A stretch of DNA of 64,000 nt from Bacteroidota bacterium (GCA_023427985.1 JAEYZM010000022.1:30760-94759); one strand, 5' to 3'. Counted from the stretch's first letter, positions 18,980 through 28,128 are shown. Notes: generated from the sequence alone by a model not told the origin. Translations and numbers: made by a program.

Positions 18980-21034
18980 ATGAAAAAAATCTTTACCCTC
19001 TTATTTGCAATCTTTTTATACATTGCAAGTGCATCGGCACAATATTATTACATTCCAAGTCTATCTGCGGGTCAAAATCCGAAAGGGTTGAATATTGACG
19101 AGGAGCAGCCTGGAACCACAGGATGGACTGATATTGCGGGAACTAGTAACACCCCAATTTGGTCGTCTGTCGTTCAATTACCAGCTGGATTTAATTTTCT
19201 ATTTAATGGTAGTTCACAAAGTCAGTACAAAGTATCAACTAGTGGTGTCCTAACATTTACTACATCAGCTGTAACTGCACCTACGTCTACAAACGCTACA
19301 TTGCCTAGCGCTTCTATTCCTGATAATTCAATTATGGTATGGGGTTTGGCTTCTTTAGGTACAAATGATAGAGTGCGCCACAAGACATTTGGTGTTGCCC
19401 CGAATAGACAACACTGGATTCAATTTAGTTCATACTCAGCACCTGGTTCTTCGGGTAACAATTTCACTTATTGGGCTATAGTATTAGAAGAAGGTACAAA
19501 TGATATTTACTTAGTTGATCAAAGAACTTATTTTACACCATTAAGTTTAACCTTAGGTATTCAAATTGATGGCGCCAATGCATTTATGGTGAATGGTGCA
19601 CCGAATACACAATCTGTTGCAACGTTAGATGCTAATTATGCGGGTCCTGATGATAATGCTTTTTATAGATTCATTTACGGAACTCAAGCGGCAAACGATG
19701 CTGAATTATCTAAATTAACTTATCCAACAGTTGGTGGATTAACTACACCTGTTGATATCACTGGTATGATTTCAAATGTTGGATCACAATCAATTTCTAG
19801 CATTACTATTAAATATGAAGCAAATGGACAAGTATATACAGATTCAAAAACTGGATTAAACATTGCATCTGGAGAGTCTTATACATTTACGCACTCTACT
19901 CCATTCACGCTTCCTTCAGTTGGTAGCTGGCCAATAAAAGTTTGGACAGAATTAAGTGGTGACTCAAACTTTGATAACGATACTTTAACTAGAACTGTTT
20001 CTGCACTTTCATTTTTACCAACAAAACGTATAGTATTTGAAGAAGGTACTGGCACTTGGTGTGGATGGTGCCCAAGAGGTACTGTGTTTATGGATTCAAT
20101 GCACAAAACATATCCAACAACAGCAATGTTAATTGCGGTTCATAATAGTGACCCGATGGTAGTGCCAGAATACGATGGTGGCATGGGTAGTTTAATTTCA
20201 GGATATCCTTCTGGATTGGTAGATAGAAAAAATGGAGAATTTGATCCATCACAATTCTTTACAGAATATACAAAACGAATTACAGAATTAGCAGCATGTG
20301 ATGTTGATGTTCAAGCAAGTTTCGATGCTGGTTCAAGACTATTGGATATTGATTTAAGTGCTACTTTTGCTGTTGACTATTCAGGAGATTTACGTTTCAA
20401 TTGTGTTATTGTTGAAGACGACGTAAGAGGTACAGCTAGTGGATATGCTCAAGTGAATTATTATTCGGGTGGTGGAAATGGTCCAATGGGTAATTATCAT
20501 AATTTACCTTCACCAGTTCCTGCAAGTCAGATGGTTTACGATCATGTTGCAAGAGCAATTTTAGGTGGATGGAATGGAAGTTCAGGAAGCTTACCTTCTT
20601 CTGTTTCTGCAAATTCTACTCATACATTCAATTATCAGTATACAGTTCCAGCTGGTTACGATGAAGGGTACTTGCATGTAATTGCTTGGGTAACGGATGC
20701 AAATACTGGAGAGATAATTAATGCAAATGAAAAGAATTTTGCGACAGGGATTTCAAAATATAAATCAGAAAACTTTACAGTATCTACCTTCCCGAATCCT
20801 TCTAATGGTACAACTAACTTTGAAGTTAAATTACCTAGAATGATTGATGGTATTTCTTTAGAAATATTTGATTTAACAGGCCGACTTGTTTATTCGACAG
20901 ATGCTGGTGCTGTGGTTGGAGGTTCTAAATTCTTCACTTGGGAAGCGTCTGAAAATATTCCAAACGGTATTTATCAAGCAGTGGTAAAAGTAGGATCTGA
21001 ATCAGTTGCTACTAAGTTAGTACTAACACGATAA
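18980..21034 (+). CDS. T9SS-sorted Omp28-related thioredoxin-fold protein
   Basis: 684 aa. Signal peptide (ASASAQ). Central EEGTGTWCGWCPRG motif. C-terminal sorting domain (TFPNPSNGTTNFEV...GIYQAVVKV). Confidence 0.7.
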   Translation: MKKIFTLLFAIFLYIASASAQYYYIPSLSAGQNPKGLNIDEEQPGTTGWTDIAGTSNTPIWSSVVQLPAGFNFLFNGSSQSQYKVSTSGVLTFTTSAVTAPTSTNATLPSASIPDNSIMVWGLASLGTNDRVRHKTFGVAPNRQHWIQFSSYSAPGSSGNNFTYWAIVLEEGTNDIYLVDQRTYFTPLSLTLGIQIDGANAFMVNGAPNTQSVATLDANYAGPDDNAFYRFIYGTQAANDAELSKLTYPTVGGLTTPVDITGMISNVGSQSISSITIKYEANGQVYTDSKTGLNIASGESYTFTHSTPFTLPSVGSWPIKVWTELSGDSNFDNDTLTRTVSALSFLPTKRIVFEEGTGTWCGWCPRGTVFMDSMHKTYPTTAMLIAVHNSDPMVVPEYDGGMGSLISGYPSGLVDRKNGEFDPSQFFTEYTKRITELAACDVDVQASFDAGSRLLDIDLSATFAVDYSGDLRFNCVIVEDDVRGTASGYAQVNYYSGGGNGPMGNYHNLPSPVPASQMVYDHVARAILGGWNGSSGSLPSSVSANSTHTFNYQYTVPAGYDEGYLHVIAWVTDANTGEIINANEKNFATGISKYKSENFTVSTFPNPSNGTTNFEVKLPRMIDGISLEIFDLTGRLVYSTDAGAVVGGSKFFTWEASENIPNGIYQAVVKVGSESVATKLVLTR

Positions 21035-21054
21035 TTCTATTCTATTCAATTCTT

Positions 21055-21090
21055 AAAAAGAACAGTCAAAATGTTTTGACTGTTCTTTTT
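21055..21090 (+). terminator. strong hairpin terminator/attenuator
   Basis: AAAAAGAACAGTCAAAA / TTTTGACTGTTCTTTTT is a 17-nt perfect inverted repeat with a T-run. It ends 19 nt before the tlpA ATG. Confidence 0.75.
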
Positions 21091-21109
21091 AATTTAATTA
21101 ATTTACGCA

Positions 21110-21613
21110 ATGAAAAAAATCTTATTAATTCTAATTGCAATTTTAAGTGTCAATTTAGCACTTGCTCAAAATAAAATTCCTTCAGCAGAAGTAAAAAAAA
21201 TTGCAGGTGAAAGCTTTAATACATCAGAATTATCCAACGATGGCAAGCCTATGATTATTAGTTTTTGGGCAACATGGTGCAAGCCTTGTGTACAAGAATT
21301 AACTGCAATTGCAGAACAATATGAAGAATGGCAAAAAGAAACAGGTGTAAAGGTAATTGCAATTTCTACTGATGATTCAAGAAATATGGCAAGAGTTCAA
21401 CCTTTTGTATCATCGCGTAGTTGGGAATACGAAGTGTATTTGGATCCGAACGGCGATTTTAAACGCGCATTAAATGTCAACAATATTCCTCATACATTTT
21501 TAGTGGATGGAAAAGGTGAAATTGTTTGGCAACATAATTCTTACACACCGGGTGATGAAGAGGAATTGTACGAATTGGTAAAAAAAGTTGCAAAAGGAGA
21601 AGCGATTAAATAA
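21110..21613 (+). CDS. TlpA-family thiol:disulfide oxidoreductase
   Basis: 167 aa. Signal peptide. Thioredoxin motif FWATWCKPC. Confidence 0.85.
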   Translation: MKKILLILIAILSVNLALAQNKIPSAEVKKIAGESFNTSELSNDGKPMIISFWATWCKPCVQELTAIAEQYEEWQKETGVKVIAISTDDSRNMARVQPFVSSRSWEYEVYLDPNGDFKRALNVNNIPHTFLVDGKGEIVWQHNSYTPGDEEELYELVKKVAKGEAIK

Positions 21614-21615
21614 TA

Positions 21616-23250
21616 ATGAAAAGAGTATTATTCTTTTTGTTGCTTTTTGCAATAACGATTCAAACAAAAGCACAAGAAAACGAAAATAAATTTCAAGCTG
21701 GTGAGATACATGGTAATTTCCAGTTCGATGCACAAAATTATTTTGAAGATACGATTATAGGTGCACAAGAAGTTCCTGAACGTATTCGTATGAATAGTTT
21801 TGCGAACATTAATTATACTCGAGGTGCATTCAAAGCAGGGATTCGTTATGAATCCTATCAGAAACCCTTACTAGGATTTGATCCCAGATACAATGGAAGC
21901 GGCATAACATATCGATATGCCTCTTACGATCACGATGGTCTAGAATTCACGGTTGGAAACTTTTACGAACAGTTTGGTACTGGATTAATTTTTAGATCTT
22001 ATGAAGAACGTGGTTTGGGTTTAGATAATGCGATGGATGGAGTACGACTTAGATACCGTCCGACAAAAGGAGTTTATTTAAAAGCGGTAATTGGTCAACA
22101 GAGATTTTTCTTTGGAAAGGGAGAAGGAATAGTTAGGGGTTTGGATGGAGAGGTTAATTTGAATGAAACATTTCCGAATTTATTTAATTCAAAAGCAACG
22201 TATATCATTGGAGGTTCTGCTGTGAGTAAGTATCAGGACGATCAAAATCCTTTGAAAATATTACCTGAGAATGTTGCAGCATTTGCAGGTCGATTCAATG
22301 TAATTACTCCCAAAATAAATTTCTTCACAGAGTATGCGTATAAAATAAACGATCCATCTTTTACGAACCGATATATATATAAACCGGGCTCTGCATTATT
22401 TACATCGGCAACGTATACATCGAAAGGATTGAGCTTGATGGCATCTGCAAAATATGTAGATAATATGGATTTCAAATCGAATCGCGATGCAGATGGGAAT
22501 GTGTTACTGATTAATTATTTACCAGCGATTACAAAACAATATACCTATGCATTTGCTGCGTTTTATCCCTATGCTACACAACCTAATGGAGAGTTCGGAT
22601 ATCAGGCAGAGATTTCTTATAATTTCAAAAAAGGTACCGCACTAGGTGGTAAGTACGGAACTCTTGTTAGTTTGCAATATTCGCATGTGAGTAGCTTGGA
22701 TACTACAAGAATTACTGGTGGATTAGGCTATGAAGTTAATGGCATTTCAAAAGGAAAAGTGTTGATGTATGAAGATGTAGAATTTGTAGTTACAAAAAAA
22801 ATCAATCAAAAATGGAAAGGTTCTGCAACCTATATGTACCAAGTATTTAATAAAGACGTAGTACAAGGTTTATCGGGATTTGGTACTTTATACACGCATA
22901 TTTGGATTGCAGAAGCACAGTATAAAATCAATAGAAAAAATTCTATACGTGCAGAAGCACAACAGTTATATACTAAGCAAGACGAAGGTCAATGGGCCAT
23001 GGGGCTAATAGAATATACCGTTTCACCACATTGGTTTTTTGCTGTATTTGATCAGTTTAATTATAATAATCCCAAAAATTCTTTACGTGAGGTACACTAT
23101 ATCACTGGAACTTTCGGTTATATAAGAAATGCAACGCGTATTGCAGTATCTTATGGCAGACAAAGAGAGGGCTATTTATGTGTGGGGGGTGTATGTCGAC
23201 TAATACCTGCAGCTAGTGGTTTGGGTATTTCAGTAACTTCAAGTTTTTAA
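21616..23250 (+). CDS. predicted outer-membrane beta-barrel (DUF6029-like)
   Basis: 544 aa. Signal peptide (TKAQ). Alternating-hydrophobic strand pattern rich in Tyr/Gly. C-terminal ...GISVTSSF ends in Phe like an OMP beta-signal. The DUF6029 resemblance is from memory. Confidence 0.6.
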   Translation: MKRVLFFLLLFAITIQTKAQENENKFQAGEIHGNFQFDAQNYFEDTIIGAQEVPERIRMNSFANINYTRGAFKAGIRYESYQKPLLGFDPRYNGSGITYRYASYDHDGLEFTVGNFYEQFGTGLIFRSYEERGLGLDNAMDGVRLRYRPTKGVYLKAVIGQQRFFFGKGEGIVRGLDGEVNLNETFPNLFNSKATYIIGGSAVSKYQDDQNPLKILPENVAAFAGRFNVITPKINFFTEYAYKINDPSFTNRYIYKPGSALFTSATYTSKGLSLMASAKYVDNMDFKSNRDADGNVLLINYLPAITKQYTYAFAAFYPYATQPNGEFGYQAEISYNFKKGTALGGKYGTLVSLQYSHVSSLDTTRITGGLGYEVNGISKGKVLMYEDVEFVVTKKINQKWKGSATYMYQVFNKDVVQGLSGFGTLYTHIWIAEAQYKINRKNSIRAEAQQLYTKQDEGQWAMGLIEYTVSPHWFFAVFDQFNYNNPKNSLREVHYITGTFGYIRNATRIAVSYGRQREGYLCVGGVCRLIPAASGLGISVTSSF

Positions 23251-23254
23251 TGAA

Positions 23255-24133
23255 ATGAAAAAATTAATTGTAATAGCATTTGCTTGTATTGTTTCTTTAA
23301 GCAGTTGCGATATTATAGAAGGTCCATACGATGAGCAATTGAATATTGACAGTGTAAGTGGTCCTGTTCGTAAAGTGTTGATTGAAGATTATACAGGGCA
23401 TCAATGTGGGAATTGTCCTTGCGCGGCAGAAGAAGCAATAAACTTATACAATCAGTACAAAGGCAGAATCGTAGTTGTGGCTACTCATATTGGTTTCTTT
23501 GCAAGAACTAATGCAAGTGGTAAGTACTCTTACGATTTCAAAACTCAAACAGGAAATGATTTGGATGCTTATTTCCAAATCGATAATGTTGGATTGCCTA
23601 GAGGTTTAGTAAATAGAAAAGTGTACGATAATAATTTAATTCTTAACCCGACAGCATGGGCTTCTGCAGTGTATGCCGAATTGGATAAGGATGGTGTTCC
23701 AGGTGTTGATACATCGGCTCCGCCAATTGTATTAAAAATTAATCAGGAGTATAATTCTAGCAGTCGTACTGTAACTGCTGACATAGACATTGAATATTTA
23801 AGTCCTGGTAATAACAATCAAAACATAGTATTTTATATTGTAGAAGACAGCATCAAAAATTGGCAATTGTATTATCCACAATGTTCACCAACTGGTGCTA
23901 ACTATGAAACACAAGATTATTATCATCGACATGTATTGAGAGGATCAGTAAATGGTACATGGGGCGAACAAGTTTCGGGGTCTACTGTTATACCAGCTGG
24001 CACAAAAATTACAAAATCGTATATAAAAGTTTTAGATCCAAGTTGGAACGATAAGCAAATTTATTTAGTTGCATTTGTTCACGATAATGCGACTAAGGAA
24101 GTGTTACAGGTTGAGGAAGTACACTTGAAATAA
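23255..24133 (+). CDS. Omp28-related lipoprotein with CxxC
   Basis: Lipobox VSLSSC. EDYTGHQCGNCPC motif equivalent to that of 18980-21034. 292 aa. Confidence 0.7.
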   Translation: MKKLIVIAFACIVSLSSCDIIEGPYDEQLNIDSVSGPVRKVLIEDYTGHQCGNCPCAAEEAINLYNQYKGRIVVVATHIGFFARTNASGKYSYDFKTQTGNDLDAYFQIDNVGLPRGLVNRKVYDNNLILNPTAWASAVYAELDKDGVPGVDTSAPPIVLKINQEYNSSSRTVTADIDIEYLSPGNNNQNIVFYIVEDSIKNWQLYYPQCSPTGANYETQDYYHRHVLRGSVNGTWGEQVSGSTVIPAGTKITKSYIKVLDPSWNDKQIYLVAFVHDNATKEVLQVEEVHLK

Positions 24134-24134
24134 T

Positions 24135-24176
24135 GGGATAATTAGCAAATGGGATAATTAGCAAATGTGATAATTA
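24135..24176. repeat. 2.6 copies of a 16-nt tandem direct repeat
   Basis: GGGATAATTAGCAAAT at 24135-24150 and 24151-24166, then GTGATAATTA. Fills the whole gap between convergent stops. The last copy contains the gldD stop codon. Confidence 0.9.
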
Positions 24177-24752
24177 TTGATTCCATTTTAGGGTTTCTAG
24201 CATTACCATAATGTCCTTTTTTACAAATTGAAGAACTGGTGCGATAGAATCTGCTTGTGGTTCTGCATAGAAATACAATGCACCACGCAAGAAATTTTTT
24301 GTACTATCTGTTACAAAAAATTGAATAGAAGAAGCTGCATTTCCTTCGATGTCGTAAAATAAACCATAGACATTTGAAGTATCGTTTGATATTCTGCTTT
24401 CTTGAATTCCTTCAGCTTTTACGGTATGCTTGAATACCAATCGGCGTGAATCTTCAATCAATTGGGCAAACATTTTTTGATCTTTAATTGGATAGTAACT
24501 TAAATGTATTCTTCCATTGAGGCTAGGAAATACAACGTTCTTCCAACATGGTTTCGCATCTCTGGAGCTATCGTCGCGTACATCTGCATATACTGGAAGA
24601 TCAAAAGAATAATTACAACCTGAAGAGTATGATGTATAAGCTTTCTCTGGCAAATCAATTCTGAAATATCCTCTTGGTTTAGGGGTATAATCTGAATTAC
24701 AAGCACTGCAAAAAAATAAGATTGATATAAGTAGAATAAAATTATTTTTCAT
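24174..24752 (-). CDS. gldD: gliding motility lipoprotein GldD
   Basis: Lipobox FFCSAC, then TPKPRGYFRIDLPEKAY as in GldD. Directly downstream of gldE and overlapping it by 11 nt, matching the F. johnsoniae arrangement. Confidence 0.8.
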   Translation of the reverse strand: MKNNFILLISILFFCSACNSDYTPKPRGYFRIDLPEKAYTSYSSGCNYSFDLPVYADVRDDSSRDAKPCWKNVVFPSLNGRIHLSYYPIKDQKMFAQLIEDSRRLVFKHTVKAEGIQESRISNDTSNVYGLFYDIEGNAASSIQFFVTDSTKNFLRGALYFYAEPQADSIAPVLQFVKKDIMVMLETLKWNQ

Positions 24753-26079
24753 CGTTTTCTAAGATAGTCATTTTAACTCGCTTCACTCTTCTTCTGTCTG
24801 CCGACTCTACAGTAAAAATAAAGTTTTCGAATTGAACTTTTTCTTTATTGAATACAAACCTTCCTGCAATGGAGAGTACTAAACCACCAATGGTATCTGC
24901 TTCTTCACGTACTTCATCGAATGTGTCTTCAGAAAGATCTAATAATCTGTAAATATCGTTTAATGGAGTTTTCCCATCGAATACATAGTTCCAATCATCA
25001 AGTTTTGAATAACGCAATTCATCATCGGCTTCATCGTACTCGTCGGATATATCTCCAACAATTTCTTCTAAGATGTCTTCAAGTGTTACGATTCCCGATG
25101 TTCCTCCGTATTCGTCTACTACTATAGCGATGTGTGTATGCTTCGTTCGAAACTCTTTTAACAGGTCATCAATTTTTTTGTGCTCTGGAACAAAGTATGC
25201 AGGCCTGATTAAATTCTGCCAATTGAAATCGGGTTTATCTTTGTTTATAAGAATATCTTTCACATACAAGATGCCTTTAATCGTGTCTAAATTATTTTCG
25301 AAAATTGGTAATCGTGAGTATCGAGTTTCTTTAATCTTTGCATCAACCTTTGAATAATCGGTTTGCAATTCAATAGCTTCTACATCCATTCTATTTCGCA
25401 TAATTTGCTTAACAGAGATGTTGCCAAAGTTTGCGATACCTTTTAAAATTAATTGTTCCTCTTCATTTTCTTCATTAATTAAATCAGAATCGTTGAGTTT
25501 GTTAAACTCATTTTCAGAAATTCTGTATTGTTGAGGAATGATTTTATTAACTAGATTGAATACAAAGAAGTACATCGATACGAACGGTTTAAGCAACCAA
25601 TGTAAAATGCGCACAAAGGTTAATGACCATTTCACATACAACATATAATATTTAGTGCTGTAAATGCTAGGAATTAAGGTTGCCAATTTTACCAGAGCTA
25701 ATCCTATAATGAATGTATAAACAATCACTTCAAAATTGAAGCTCAAATAGGATTGTAAATAATGATGTAAAATAGAATTGAATACAATTGCAATAAATAC
25801 AATGAGCAAAGTTGTGCTAATCGAAAATACTGCTTGCAATCGAATGGGTTGGTCGAGTAGATTCAGTAAATGCTGGTCCGACTCTACATCTGATTTTTTC
25901 AAATCGGCGATGTCTTTATCAGTAATTTTCAGAATTGCTTTTTCTGCTGCAGAAATTATTGCTAAAAGAACAATGGCAAGAATTGCAATGCCAATGTATA
26001 AAAACAGTTGATCTATTTGCAGGATTTGCAAATGATCAACTGTATTAATGGATGGATAAGGATCCGTCTGTGTTTCCAA
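24742..26079 (-). CDS. gldE: gliding motility protein GldE (CNNM/CorC family: DUF21 + 2 CBS + CorC_HlyC)
   Basis: 445 aa. N-terminal TM domain, CBS pair and a C-terminal transporter-associated domain. The mutY-ssb-gldE-gldD order matches known flavobacterial synteny. The start codon is TTG; no ATG or GTG is available upstream of TM1. Confidence 0.85.
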   Translation of the reverse strand: METQTDPYPSINTVDHLQILQIDQLFLYIGIAILAIVLLAIISAAEKAILKITDKDIADLKKSDVESDQHLLNLLDQPIRLQAVFSISTTLLIVFIAIVFNSILHHYLQSYLSFNFEVIVYTFIIGLALVKLATLIPSIYSTKYYMLYVKWSLTFVRILHWLLKPFVSMYFFVFNLVNKIIPQQYRISENEFNKLNDSDLINEENEEEQLILKGIANFGNISVKQIMRNRMDVEAIELQTDYSKVDAKIKETRYSRLPIFENNLDTIKGILYVKDILINKDKPDFNWQNLIRPAYFVPEHKKIDDLLKEFRTKHTHIAIVVDEYGGTSGIVTLEDILEEIVGDISDEYDEADDELRYSKLDDWNYVFDGKTPLNDIYRLLDLSEDTFDEVREEADTIGGLVLSIAGRFVFNKEKVQFENFIFTVESADRRRVKRVKMTILENDEK

Positions 26080-26102
26080 TAGTTTAAAAATTAGTCTAAC
26101 AA

Positions 26103-26546
26103 TTAAAATGGTAAATCATCTGTACCATCTGGTTCGTTCAGAATTTCGGCAACTGGTGGTACTTGCGTATTACTAGTAGCCATATTGTTCTGAGCATTAT
26201 ACGAAGAGTTGTCATCACGCCTCCCAAGCATCGTAAAACTATCTGCAACGATTTCTGTCGTATATCGCTTGACATTTTCCTTATCTTCCCAAGAGCGAGT
26301 TCTTATTTTTCCTTCTACATATATTTGACTTCCTTTTTTCAAATATTTTTCGGCAACATCTGCCAATCCACGCCACACCACAATGTTATGCCATTCTGTG
26401 ATGTCTTGACGTTCACCATTTTTATTGGTAATTCTTTCTGTTGTTGCCAGAGAAAATGACGCCACCGTTACTCCTCCTTCTAAGTGTCGAACTTCTGGGT
26501 CCTTGCCCAAATGTCCAACTAAAATCACTTTGTTTACTCCTGACAT
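26103..26546 (-). CDS. ssb: single-stranded DNA-binding protein
   Basis: OB fold (NKVILVGHLGKDPEVR) and an acidic C-terminal tip DDLPF. Confidence 0.95.
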   Translation of the reverse strand: MSGVNKVILVGHLGKDPEVRHLEGGVTVASFSLATTERITNKNGERQDITEWHNIVVWRGLADVAEKYLKKGSQIYVEGKIRTRSWEDKENVKRYTTEIVADSFTMLGRRDDNSSYNAQNNMATSNTQVPPVAEILNEPDGTDDLPF

Positions 26547-26578
26547 GTTCGTAAAATTTAACGATATAAATTTATGAA

Positions 26579-27622
26579 TTATTTTTCTAAGTAGCGCTCA
26601 ATTAATCGGGGTAATGCAAAATCCCTTAATTCTTCATCCTTAATAAATAGGTATTTTCCTCGATTCTGTGCTAAAAATTGAGGGTCGCGTACTTCCCAAA
26701 ATTTTGCAAAAATATGCTGATGTGAGAGTATATGTTTGAAATCTCTACTTTTATTATGTAGTACCGCTTTTTTGCTAAAGCTAGATTTGTAAAAGTCTAC
26801 CTGAAATAAATCGGGTTCTTGTAATATAGACTCGCTTTCCAACATTGGAAATTCATAAAGATGCTGCCAGATGTCTTGTTGTGTTCTTTTTTGCAAAGCC
26901 AATAAATCATCTTCGGTACGAACTACAAAATAATTGAAATAGCGATTTCGCTTCTTCAGTTTTTTCTCTTTTATTGGCAATTCATCGACTTTATTGTGCT
27001 TCAAAGCATAACATTGATCTGCAAACGGACAAATCCCACAGTCGGGGTTCTTAGGTCGGCACTGCATCGCCCCGAATTCCATAATAGCCTGATTAAACAA
27101 ATGCGGATCGGCATGTTCAATCTCTTTCCAAAGAATTTCATAGAAAACTTTCTTCGACTTAGCATTATCTATAGGCTCGTGTATGCCGAACAATCGAGCA
27201 ATACATCGGTATACATTTCCGTCCAAAACTGGATGCTTTACATTAAAAGCGAAGGAAGCGATTGCGGCGGCAGTATATTCGCCAACGCCTTTTAGAGTAA
27301 TGATTTCATTGAATGAGCTTGGAAATTTACCATTGTATTCTTGCAATACTTGTTTCGCTGCGGAATGCAAATTTCTTGCGCGAGAATAATATCCAAGGCC
27401 TTGCCAAAGCTTCAAGATTTCATCTTCATTAGCATTTGCAAGCGCGCTGATGTTCGGAAAAGTTTTAATGAATCGCTCGTAATACGGCAATCCCTGTTCC
27501 ACGCGAGTTTGTTGTAAGATGATTTCTGAAAGCCATATTTTATAGGCATCTCGCGTGTTTCGCCAAGGCAAGTCGCGTTTATGCCGATGGTACCAATCAA
27601 TGAGCGTATTCCCGATGTTCAT
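26579..27622 (-). CDS. mutY: A/G-specific adenine DNA glycosylase
   Basis: HhH-GPD core (LKGVGEYTAAAIASFAF). 4Fe-4S cluster loop CRPKNPDCGICPFADQC. NUDIX-like C-terminal domain. Confidence 0.95.
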   Translation of the reverse strand: MNIGNTLIDWYHRHKRDLPWRNTRDAYKIWLSEIILQQTRVEQGLPYYERFIKTFPNISALANANEDEILKLWQGLGYYSRARNLHSAAKQVLQEYNGKFPSSFNEIITLKGVGEYTAAAIASFAFNVKHPVLDGNVYRCIARLFGIHEPIDNAKSKKVFYEILWKEIEHADPHLFNQAIMEFGAMQCRPKNPDCGICPFADQCYALKHNKVDELPIKEKKLKKRNRYFNYFVVRTEDDLLALQKRTQQDIWQHLYEFPMLESESILQEPDLFQVDFYKSSFSKKAVLHNKSRDFKHILSHQHIFAKFWEVRDPQFLAQNRGKYLFIKDEELRDFALPRLIERYLEK

Positions 27623-27632
27623 ATTCTGAGCC

Positions 27633-27640
27633 CAAAATTA
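27633..27640 (-). promoter_or_regulatory. candidate -7 box (TAnnTTTG)
   Basis: Minus strand reads TAATTTTG exactly, only 10 nt upstream of the mutY ATG. Confidence 0.35.
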
Positions 27641-27820
27641 TAAGTAAAAAATGGAGAAGTACAAAATTTAATAACTATAACAGAATCAATAACTTAATTT
27701 TACAAGAAATCGACAAAAAAAGAGAGGAATTTGGAATTTTTATTTCTGATTATGAATGAAAAACCCTATTATTGCAGCCCTTTAAAAGAGTAATAATCAA
27801 AATTAAAATATATACAGAAA

Positions 27821-28126
27821 ATGACTAAGGCTGAAATTATTGCAGAAATCGCTGCAAAGACAGGAATTGAGAAAGTAGATGTACAAGAAACAGTTGAGTC
27901 GTTCTTCAAAGTGATCAAAGGATCATTAACAGAAGGCGAGAACGTTTATGTAAGGGGTTTTGGTTCTTTCATTGTGAAGAAAAGAGCTAAGAAAACGGCA
28001 AGAAATATTTCTAAAAACACAGCCATCATTATCCCGGAGCACTATGTTCCTAGCTTCAAACCTGCAAAAACATTTGTAGAGAAAGTTAAGAACTCTTCAA
28101 AAATTAAAGTTACTGAAGAAAAATAA
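27821..28126 (+). CDS. HU-family DNA-binding protein
   Basis: 101 aa. MTKAEIIAEIA...VRGFGSF...R.ARNI..N..I.IP matches the HU/IHF fold signature. Confidence 0.9.
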   Translation: MTKAEIIAEIAAKTGIEKVDVQETVESFFKVIKGSLTEGENVYVRGFGSFIVKKRAKKTARNISKNTAIIIPEHYVPSFKPAKTFVEKVKNSSKIKVTEEK

Positions 28127-28128
28127 TC

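Noticed and set aside
24135-24176. Tandem repeat as a CRISPR array.
   Set aside because: Only 2.6 directly abutting 16-nt copies, no spacers, and no cas genes in the window.
27623-27820. 198-nt gap upstream of the HU gene as a possible sRNA or riboswitch; I also inspected 18800-18979 and 35877-36091 for the same reason.
   Set aside because: All three are extremely AT-rich. I could find no conserved-looking stems, no terminator and no recognisable riboswitch core. They are divergent-promoter regions. I cannot exclude a small RNA without expression or comparative data.
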